Part shown: in pieces, positions 24,355-34,186 of the stretch | Layout of the letters: the number at the start of each line of letters is the position of its first letter | Numbering within the stretch: the first letter of the stretch is position 1 | Source: Selaginella moellendorffii | Taxonomy: Eukaryota; Plantae; Lycopodiophyta | Assembly (NCBI RefSeq): GCF_000143415.4 | Contig: NW_003314308.1 | Coordinates: 1-64,000, forward strand | DNA: 64,000 nucleotides | Direction of reading: 5' to 3' | The notes under the pieces: generated by a model | The model's input: the letters and a program-made list of their open reading frames with translations, nothing else | Database searches by the model: none | What the model was told of the DNA's origin: nothing | Made by a program: the position numbers and the translations under genes

Positions 24355-24709
24355 CAGGATCACATTCTAACTGATTTAATGCTAGAAGCACTTATGATAT
24401 CTGACACCTCCAAAATGTTGGGCCTTCGTGACTTCCAACGCAAGAAATTAACCAGCTAGGAAACCCAGAGCAGTTATTAAAGAAATACGTTCCATTTCTT
24501 TGTGAGGAGTGTCAGCAATCGCAACTAACACTGATACTCTTGAATTTTTTTTCATCTGTGCATAATTTAGGTTGATTATGTATCTCAGTTCGGTGCTGAC
24601 CAGTATCTACGTCTGGGGAAACTTCTTGTATTGTGTAGGATCATCTCGTTCTTGGACTCCAACATAATAAAATTCCATCGAGAAGAAATACTAATCTTCT
24701 CTATTGCAG

Positions 24710-25538
24710 GTTCGTGATAGTATTTATCTTATTTTCGCAAAACTTTCCGGGAAGTTTACTGTTAATTCTCCTTGGGCATACTCCCGATGCTGTTTCTTTT
24801 CTTTTGGAAAGCTCAGTGTTTTACTTGTCGTCACTAACACTAATACCAGATAGCACTACGCCTGTACAAGTACATAGCCTGAACATCCTAGCATGGTTTA
24901 TTTCTGAAACTTCTATTTCGGACGAGAAGCAGTTACTGTTGGCCGTGGTTGGCTGCATTGTAGCTCTTGCAAGCACTTTGAAGGTAAATCTTGATTTCAT
25001 AATTTAAACCAGTCTTAAATCTTTGTTTGTAGTCTGTGCCATGCGGTGCTTTAAAGAAATCAAGCAGGAAGGTCAAGTCTTGAAGCTTTCTGTGCTTTTG
25101 CGAGCCATACATGACAATTCCAAGAACTTCGTAAACAACAGGAGGTTTTTGTCATCCTTTCTTCATACTAGTCTGCTCATCGAATGAGAGCAAGACAATT
25201 AGAACATGTGGTACGTTTCATTAAGTTGCACCTCCGCCAACAATTTCAATCTTTCTAAGAACTTCAGACATCTCCCACCTTGCTTTGTTGGTTCGATCCA
25301 GCTGAAAATTATTGACTTGCCAGAAGGAAAGAAAGCAGAAAAGAATTCCTTGATTTGTTTCGTTACATGTATACTTCTTTTCTTTCTGGCATGTCACCAG
25401 TTTTCTATGTTGGATCAAATCAATAGAGCAAGGCGGCTGTATGAAAGATTGAGACCCTCTGCATTAGCTATTGCATCAACAACCCACAGATCTATGGCTG
25501 AGGGAGGGATGGAAATGAGTGGGATGACCATAACCTAA
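24710..25538 (+). pseudogene. Unidentified multi-exon gene fragment, helical/HEAT-repeat-like (possibly HEATR1/UTP10-like)
   Basis: GT/AG-bounded segments PVQVHSLNILAWF...CIVALASTLK and CAMRCFKEIKQEG; family call is from memory and weak. Confidence 0.3.
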
Positions 25539-25556
25539 ACGAGACGCAGACAAAGT

Positions 25557-26508
25557 TTAATACCTCACAGTCTCAATGGCTGCTTTGCCATCTAGTTTTG
25601 AAGCGTAGAACGATTGAAGGTAATTTCCATAGACGCTATCTTTGAAGCAAGCAGGCGCTTCGTCAGCGACCAGCTGCGCCAGCAGAGCAATGTGACTATC
25701 TTCTGCTGGCCCATAGAATGAAGCAATGGAGACTCGAGTTCGCTCCGAGTTGACAACTGCTCGGTGCTCCACACTCTTGTACGCATCATTGGAAAGAATC
25801 TGAATAACACACAATCAAAACCTGGAAATCTCATGCATGCACGACTATGACGATCGAAAGAAAGCTTACCTGAAGTTGATCTCCAATGTTGACAACAAAG
25901 GCGCCAGGCAGAGGTTTGATCGGCACCCACGCTCCACAGTGTACAATCTGGAGGCCATCTTTCACCCTGGTGTCCTGCTGGAGTATAGTGAAACCGTTTG
26001 GATCCGCGTGAGCGTCCAGTCCGATTGTAAGCTCCGGCTCCGGACAAGGTGGATAGTAGTTCATCCTCATCGCATGCCTCTCTCCTCCAAAAGCTTCCTC
26101 CAGAGCACCACTTTCCAGTCCCAGTGACTCCGAGAACAATCCAAGCACTCTTTTCGCGGCGACGAACGAGACGTGGGTGGGGCGGACGACTGAATCGCTG
26201 GCGAGGGCGAGGAAGAGATCAATCGCTTGCGCGCTCTGGCCGTTTGCGCAGAGCGTCGAGATCATGATGTTACAGGAGAAGGCGTTCTTGTGGACGAGAT
26301 CGTGGAAGACGGACCATGCGTCCGGGAGGCCGGAGCACTTGCCATACATGAGGATGAGGGGATTGCTGAACAAGGGGTGGTGGCGTAGGTCGAGGGTGGC
26401 GGCCAGGCGGCGGTGCAAGAGCTTCCCTCGCGGGAGGGAGTTGGAATCACCACATTGGCGCAGAAGAGTCGCGATTTGGCGTGGAGATGCCTGCAGGAGG
26501 CACCGCGA
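25557..26508 (-). CDS. Chimeric PPR (PLS-type repeats) / 2-oxoglutarate-Fe(II) dioxygenase C-terminal half (copy A; start codon uncertain)
   Basis: ATLLRQCGDS...LILMYGKCSGLPDAWSVF...VRPTHVSFVAA fused in frame at ~26155 to KRVLGLFSESLGL...MNYYPPCP...HAD...; intron 25869-25800; exon 2 with SVEHRA and RVSIA. Confidence 0.85.
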
Positions 26509-26974
26509 TCACTCCTCTTGCTACTTCGCTGGATGTCATGGCAAAGACACACTCTCTCTCTCCATGATCCTGTGAAGAGCTTCATATGGATCATCACATT
26601 TTTTGTCAATAGCTTCACATAGGCACTAAACAACAGACATAAAGGAACTCAGAAGCAATCAGTCTTCTAAGCATCTTATCCTCCGGCATCAAATGTTGGA
26701 TCAGTGATGTCCTTTTTGAAGTCTCGCTTGTTGTTTGAGGTGGGCACGTGCTCCTATTGGTGTTCATGGGGTGTTGCAAAGCTGTGGGCTCTCAATGTAA
26801 AGGGGATTTCCTTGGCAAAAGAGCTTGAAATTTTGGTGTGCTGTTTTTCTTGTTTTACCATTTTGTTTTACATGAGACATGTAGGAAATCCTGAGCTCAA
26901 AAGTTCACTAAGATTCATTTGCATAAACTACACTTTGGCAGAAAAATTATAACATTTACTACAAAATACAATAA

Positions 26975-27562
26975 TCAGTTAAAAACAACCCATTCATCAT
27001 CGAATGAATCTAGGACGTACAATTTGCCTTGCTTCTCCACACATTGTCCAATATTCCAGCGATGGATAACTTTGGTAAAATCCACACACTTTGACAGCGC
27101 AAGAAGGAACGGGGTTACATCTGCCAAGAAGTGGTCATCCTTTGACCCCTCAAACTTTGGAGCCACCACCACGCTCTCTTGATGACCTTGGTAGAAGTCA
27201 ATAATGTCATCCAGTGCCACCACCCGCTTGAAATCCCGAAACCCTACATGGTCAAGATTCTTGACTTTCGTCCCGTCCTTTAGAACAACGCAATTGCCAC
27301 CATGTAGCCTCCTCGACACAAGCCCCCCAGTAGGATCCAGATGGTCAACCACAAGGTTGACATACTTCTCCTGGGCGGCACTAAACACCACGATATCGTA
27401 CACTTTTGAAACCTTCCCCAGAAATTCATCTACTCCTGGTCTCTTCATGATGTGGAGTGGTGCATCATCGTCGAATTCCATGCTGAAATCTACAGAAGAG
27501 ACGAGATCCTTATGAGCGTATACCAGTGTATTGTCTAGATCGAGAATGAGTGTCTTCTTCAT
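26975..27562 (-). CDS. NIF/FCP1/SCP-type HAD phosphatase, single exon, 195 aa (copy A)
   Basis: KKTLILDLDNTLV (DxDxT), KRPGVDEFL, IVVFSAA, VKNL...RDFKRVVALDD. Confidence 0.93.
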   Translation of the reverse strand: MKKTLILDLDNTLVYAHKDLVSSVDFSMEFDDDAPLHIMKRPGVDEFLGKVSKVYDIVVFSAAQEKYVNLVVDHLDPTGGLVSRRLHGGNCVVLKDGTKVKNLDHVGFRDFKRVVALDDIIDFYQGHQESVVVAPKFEGSKDDHFLADVTPFLLALSKCVDFTKVIHRWNIGQCVEKQGKLYVLDSFDDEWVVFN

Positions 27563-27627
27563 GATACCCTAAAAAATGACTCGTATTCCGTGGAAATGAA
27601 GAAGGGCCACAAAAGGTGACCAAAGGT

Positions 27628-27660
27628 GCCACGTCTGCCCTAAACTCTATCTGACGTGGC
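27628..27660. promoter_or_regulatory. Inverted pair of ACGT-core (ABRE/G-box-like) motifs in the shared upstream region
   Basis: GCCACGTC 27628-27635 and GACGTGGC 27653-27660; both kept in B, one in copy C (~62868). Confidence 0.4.
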
Positions 27661-27987
27661 CTTTTGTATTCTTGTACCCTACTATTGGCAAAGCCCAAGG
27701 GAGCCGGAGGAGCGCGTCGATCCTCAATGCAGCTTAGATTCCAAATCTAGGGCTGCCGTGATCGTCTGGCAAGGGCAGAGGTGAGTGCGCTGCTGGTTTG
27801 CGGCCTACTGTTGGCGAGGCGGAAGGAGGTGAGCATGCAATTGTAGCAAGTTTGTTGTGAATCCATTGACGGACAGCTGATGTGCGCATTCTAGGCTCCA
27901 GCCGTTGGATAAGTGCAGTAACGACTCCTCAATCTCTTTTGTGCTTTCAGCAACGACTCACAATGTTAACACTGACCAGAGTCCACC

Positions 27988-29346
27988 ATGGAGAGGAAGA
28001 GAGCTGCTGGTCCGAAGAAACTACACACTCAGAAGCGATCCGACGTCATGCTCGAAAGGACCCGCCCACTGGATCCGATTAACCGAGCTCGATCAGGTTG
28101 GTCAAAACTTGAAACATCTGCACTTGTCTGACGAAGATCCTCGTTGAAGCAGGAGCAGGAGAAACTGATCATGATGCATCCGCGTTGCAGGCTGCTCCTG
28201 ACGCTGGTACGAAGAATTCCTTTTGTTGGCTGACACGACTCTTTGCTGGTTTGATTCATGACTTGCAGAATATGTTCGGCAATTCCTCGCAATGGCGCAA
28301 CGCTTGGAGAGATTCAAGATGCTCTCGGCGAATGTTGTGAGCGGGATCGTGGAATCGATCCAAAAGGGAGGGGAGACTCCAGTTGCAGCAGCAGGTGGAT
28401 ACAATAATTTCTCTCTTTGGCATCTTTTCGCTTCTGAGTGGCCCCTTGTCTCTCTTGTCCAGGCCGCTTCTGCAGCAGCTACGAAGTGCTCGCTTGTGTT
28501 GGCCAGGGGGCGTCCGGGAAAGTATACAAGTGCCGTAGCAAGGAGGACGAACAAATCTACGCCATCAAAGTCATCAAGGTTCGCACAGCAACGAAGTCCA
28601 GAGACCAGGATGTCGCGCTCGTCTTCAAGGAGGGAGAGATGCTCCAGCGCTGCGAACACCCCAACATAGTCAAATACTTCGACATGTGGAAGGAGGAAGG
28701 CGAGCCGGGCAAGTCGAAAGTGTACATTGTCATGGAGTTTTGTGGCCGCTCGCTCCAGTCGGTGCTCCTCGGCGGTGAGTCACCACCTGCAGATGCGTTT
28801 AGGCAGCTTCTTCAAGCTGTGGCGCATGTGCACGACAACGTGGGTGTTCATCGGGATATAGCACCACACAACATCTTCGTCACAGACGATGGACGCATCA
28901 AGCTGGGAGATTTCGGTCTTGGTAGGCAAATGAAACATCTCTTCCATCTCTCATTTGTTGGCTTACAGCTAAAAATAAGGAGTCCATGCTCGAGACCGAA
29001 AATATCAAGAAGGGGAGAGCAGTTTACTACTCTCCCCAGCGCCGGAGCAACTCAACCTACACTGACATGCTTGCGCTTGGAGTTATACTCTTCGAACTTC
29101 ATTGGAGGTGTCCCCCGGACCAGGTTTGGCTGCAGTTTGTGCAACGTGCTTGCTTAGTTTGGTGAATCTGTGTAGGAAAGGGAGTCGGTATTGATTGACG
29201 TCCGGGATGGCGTTTTACCAGCAGACTGGGCGTACCAACACCCATCAATTGCGCCCAAGGTGTTGGAGCTGGTCGCAGCAAGACGCGACCAGCGTCCATC
29301 CGCGCGCGACATCCTCTGCGATCCTGCCTGGCAATCTGTTTGGTGA
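27988..29346 (+). CDS. Stand-alone GCN2/eIF2-alpha-kinase-like Ser/Thr kinase, 6 exons, ~357 aa (copy A, apparently intact)
   Basis: CCACCATGG start; exons 27988-28096, 28153-28206, 28269-28394, 28463-28921, 28969-29123, 29176-29346 splice in frame (1074 nt). Motifs GQGASG, YAIK, HPNIVKYFDMWKE, YIVMEFC, HRDIAPHN, DFGLAK, DMLALGVILFEL, ERESVLIDVRDGVLP. Confidence 0.85.
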
Positions 29347-29627
29347 GTTTCTTTCATTACTCTGATTCTCTGCTTGGCTTCTAACATGTCTGTTTGCAGC
29401 TGATCGTTGTAGTTGTTTAGATTTACTTGCTCCTTTTTGTCATCTTTGCAGTCTTGGTCTTTTTCAGCATGCTGATTTCGATTCAGAAATATGAATTCGT
29501 TGCCAGTTCATTGCATTTCTGCCAGGCCGAGTTGTTCTCGATCAAGGTTGCTGAACAACTCAAGGGCTTCCGACATTCTTGTAGTCAGGTTCGGTTCAAG
29601 GAACAGGATTGGTAAACAGCACATTGA

Positions 29628-30087
29628 CGGGAGATGCAACAGCGTGGTGTCCACGGCTGGCTTCTTGTAGGGTCCATGCATCTCACCTCAAGTGGGCAGA
29701 GATCGAGTGGAAGCTGGAGAGCTATCCCAATTCTCGGGAGATGCGATGAAGAAAATGGCGGGATTGTTGATTTTTGTAGAGAGAATATTCGCACCTTTGA
29801 CCGGTTGACCTTTTTACAGGGAAACGTTTTCCTACAGGCCTTTCTGAATTGAATCCAAGGAACCTGGAAGTCAAAACAAGAAAGTAGCTTCAGAACACTC
29901 AAAAGCTCACCCCTGCAAGTTCTGTTGTGGTACAGGGTGAATGAGTTCCCCTTTTTTGACGAGTCTGCAAAATTATAGAAAGGATGAGTCAAATGGAGAG
30001 AGAGAAATATATATATATATATATATGAATTGATCCAGGTTTCTTGTTTTTTTCATACCTTGAGGAACCAATCGTTCAATTCTACTG
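29628..30087 (-). repeat. Right arm of long inverted repeat (gene X fragment, convergent with the kinase)
   Basis: Reverse complement of 23774-24255. Confidence 0.9.
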
Positions 30088-30428
30088 ATTTCTTTGCATA
30101 CTTGAATGCAAAGAATAACAAATAATGAAGCTAGGTGCTTGGTTAGATTGAGGCAAGTTTTCAAATAGCTAGAACAATCTTTAGCTCTTTTAAGTTGTTT
30201 AGTGTTTAACCATCATGACATCAATCTTAAAACATGTCCAGAAGTTGGATTTTGTGCCCTCTAGATTAATGATGTTAATTTTAGACTCTTTGTCAGTGTT
30301 AATCCTTGTAATTTATAGGATAATATAGAGTTTCTCAGTTTTATATTGTTTTTCAAATTTTACTTGATACTCTTCCAGTTCTAGATATGAGGCAAAATAA
30401 AGAACTTCATAGTTTTTATATGAAAATT

Positions 30429-33419
30429 TTAAAGTTGCAAATCATTATGACCGCCATCTTCAGTCTCCTCGCCATTGGCACCAACAGTGTTGACATTCTC
30501 ATGGCCATCATCTTTGTCATTCGGCATGTCTTCATTGTTGCCTCTTGTAGCTTCTTGGTGGGTTGGTGTATAATCTGGCATCTCTAATTCCCAAGGACAA
30601 GCTTGCTTTATTGCCACTGGAAACTTCATTGTTGTCGGGTACATGCCTCCATCTCTCACACCATGCCTCAGGAGTCGTGTGCATACCGGTGTTTCGAGAG
30701 GAACACCTCTATATTAGAGATACCTATAATAGAATATAAACAAATTGAGTATAGTTGAGAAATTGTATGTTACCTAAAAGCCGCTCGACGCATGAAGTAA
30801 AGTTGGCCAAGTTGTTTATCAAATGGAGTCGTGCTTGTGGCCTTCTTTGGCAGCCAGTCCTCTCCGAGTTTTATAAGCTTAGTGGTGATGAAGTCCTTGA
30901 ATGGAAATTGCTCAAGATCATCCCCTATAAAAGGTGCTAGACACATCTCCCCTTCATATACAATTTGTGAAATGTAGACGGTCCTCCTCATCACAGTCTT
31001 TATTATACTGTCCAAACCTTTTTCTCCTTCCCTAAGTCTATTTACAACATCTCAAAGTCAAAGCTTACATATGAGGAATAGATACACATTCTCAGCGACC
31101 TTAATAACACTCATCTGGAGTCTTGCCCACTAAGAAATAACTTTTGTGAGTAACCTTCATGTAAACGCAAACAATACTTACTTTCATGACAAAAAATCTT
31201 TATTATAATATCAAACCACTCCTTTGGGCGTCGAGGGTCAGCCACACTAAGTAATTTCTTTACCTTTGTCTTCTTTGTGTTGTTGATTTTCTTGTCAATT
31301 GTAGCTAATGCTCCAATAGTTCTTGATCATTTTCAGCTCGATACGATTGTGCATATGCATCTTGCTTAACCTTCACCAATAGCTGAAGATAACACAAACA
31401 TTCTATGATAAGAAGTATACTTGGAAAAACATACCTTACTCCACACAGCTGTTATAAAAGCTATTGGATTCTTGTACCATCTATTAGCATCTTGACGACC
31501 TTGATGATGCCGAATAAGTGATGCTAAATCATCACCATAGTGGCTGCAGACTGCATCCTCGTCGAGATTGGCAAGAAACCGGATTTGCTCAATATCATGT
31601 ACTAGGCTTCGTTTCTGCACTGCAAACTATCCTAACTTGCAAAACACAAATTGTTAAAAGTGATTGAAGAGGGAGTGGTACCTATGCATTAATTTTGTGG
31701 CAAGCTATCACAAGCCTTGCCACATCTAGAGATCCTCTCGTATGTACATGTCCAGCCAGAACATTGATGTGATAGACAGGATTGTCTCGGAAGCATTCAT
31801 TGATGCACTTTATCCACGCACACCAGCGATGATTCCCGTCGATAATGTAGAACATTTTCCCCACAAATTGTTGAGTCTCAAGATGGCTCATAAGCATGTT
31901 GTCAAATTTGCAGGACTTCATTTTCCAAATGTCATCCCAAACCCTCTCAATTTCTGGTGACACTGAGAGGGTATTTGTTGTTCCTGGCTTGAAGACCGAA
32001 ACAAGGAACATACCTATGTTTGTCCCAAGGCCATTATGTTTGTACAGACTATAGATGTTCATGTTGATGAAGTGTGGTGAAGCAGACCGAATGATGCTTG
32101 TCTGAGTGAATCGACATAGTGGGATTTCTCGGATTATGTCTCCCGAGCCTTCCCACTTGAGAAACTCTAGAGTCGTGTGAATGGCCTTTTCTTTGGTTCT
32201 CAAAACTGTCTCTTGTAAGTGCTTGTCTACAATGTGTTTAAGTAACTCCACTTCTCTTTCAGATTCAGCTACACCTCCAGTAGCACCATTATCAGATCTA
32301 GCCCTCAGCTTGGGCCTAACACCCCCGTCAGGCGCACTTGGGCACTACTTTGTAATGTAGTTAGTTTCTTCCATATTTTATGAATATGTTAAGAGTAGTG
32401 GCATTTGTGGTTGTGGCTGCAATGGTAGTGACGACAATCGCGCTGCTGGTGGTGATGATGGTGGCGGTAGTGGTGGTAATAATGGCGATGATGGCATTGG
32501 TGGTAATGGTGGTGATGANNNNNNNNNNNNNNNNNNNNNNNNNNNNNNNNNNNNNNNNNNNNNNNNNNNNNNNNNNNNNNNNNNNNNNNNNNNNNNNNNN
32601 NNNNNNNNNNNNNNNNNNATGGTGGTGGTGGCAAAAATGGGGGTGCATGTGGACTAGAGCTATCTGGTTGTGAAGACGGCAGAGTTGTCGCTGTGGAAAT
32701 CTCTATCTGAAGGTCAACGTGATTGTCGTCTTGGATCTCATCTTCCTCATGTCTTCTCTTTGATCCAACATCCTTCTCCTTTCGTAGTTGCTTTCATTTC
32801 TGAAAATAATATAAATTAAAAATGCATAAGAAGCGAGGACTTTGGGGCGTGGACTTGGCATAGGAGCCAGTTCGCTGGCGAACTAGCCCTCCTCCCAATG
32901 CCAAGTCCAAGTGCCCTGGCTGGGCATTTGGCGCGGGCCGATTCGCTGGCAAACCGGCCCTCCTCCCAGCACCAAGTCCAACTGCCTAGGTCGGGCACTT
33001 GACGTGGGCCGGCCAAGGTGCTTGGGGGAGGGCTGGTTCGCCAGCGAACTGGCCCGCCCCCAAGCGCCTTGGCCGGCCTGCCCCCAAGTGCCTTTGCCGG
33101 CCCCGCGCAGAGTGCCTGGCCTGGGCACTTGGCACAGGCACTTGGCACGGGTGCCGATTCGCTGGTGTACCGATGGCCTGCCCGGGCGGAGTGCCGGGCC
33201 AAATGCCCGGCCTGGGCACTTGGCAGCGGTGGTGCTGGGCAGCGGTGGCCCTGGGCAGTGGCAGCCCTGGGCAGTGGCGGCGCTGGGCATGGCATGGCGT
33301 GGGCGCGGCAGCACTGGGCATGGCGGTGATGGGCAGTGGCGGCCCTAGGTAGTGGCGGCACTGGACGTGGTGTGGGAGTGGAGGAGTAAAAAACTTACTC
33401 TTGGCGGCATTCTGTTCAT
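30429..33419 (-). pseudogene. ParB/sulfiredoxin-like domain gene (copy B)
   Basis: ORF 31682-32251 with FYIIDGNHRWCAW; same exon layout and shared stops as copy A. Confidence 0.7.
32866..33224. repeat. Alternating palindrome array (copy B)
   Basis: Same P1/P2 units as 2848-3206. Confidence 0.9.
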
Positions 33420-34186
33420 CGCTGATGGATCCCATAGTCACTCCCAATCTCCCACTCTCATTACATTCTGCAAATATTTGCTAGCAATGTACAATTTCTA
33501 TTCTATCCTAGATTTGATCACGTGACAAAGTCCTTTTGAGTTGTAATTTAATAATGGAGGTGTGCTTTAATATGACTATGCTATAATGTGAAATAATGTC
33601 ACAAACGCATGTGTTGAATTGATGATAGTACGAAATTATAAATGAGAATTATGTGTTTCTTGCAAGTAATAGTATCTTGTCAGAAAATATAAGATTATTA
33701 AATTGTAAGGTGTTATTTCCAAAGCAATGTATATAGATAATTTACTATAGGTGATAGATGGTATTACAAAGATGGAATATATTTAAATGAGTTCAGAAGA
33801 ATATGACGATTTCTGGCTTTAATGAAGTACTGAAAATATGTACAATATTTAATTTGTTTGGCAACAGTTAGTTGATGGTAGATCCTAGAATAAAATCATT
33901 CATATCTTTCATATTATGGCATATGCTTGAGGTGATATTTCTTTCCGTTCTACCAAAAGTTAGTCCATATAATAAATTTGAGCATGTTTTTGAATTCAAT
34001 GTATACAGACTTTTAATATTGTACAACATAGTCCTATATACTTCATATAGAATTTATTATAACAACATTATTCAATGTTAGATCCTAGAATAAAATCGCC
34101 CTTTCTTTTCACATAATGGCATAGCACATGTTTGAGGTGACATTTCTTTATAAAAGTTTAAAGTTCCAAAACTTAAAGGCAACAAA

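Larger units (their letters stand above)
1..29937 (+). repeat. Tandem segmental duplication, unit A (left end lies outside the window)
   Basis: Position 1 (tgaatgagttccccttttttgacgag) recurs at 29938; ORFs recur in the same order with near-identical translations at offsets of ~29.8-31.4 kb. Confidence 0.97.

Noticed and set aside
28438-29157. Single-exon 239-aa kinase as given by the ORF track
   Set aside because: Begins inside an intron and runs out of frame after DFGL; the spliced model restores subdomains VIII-XI
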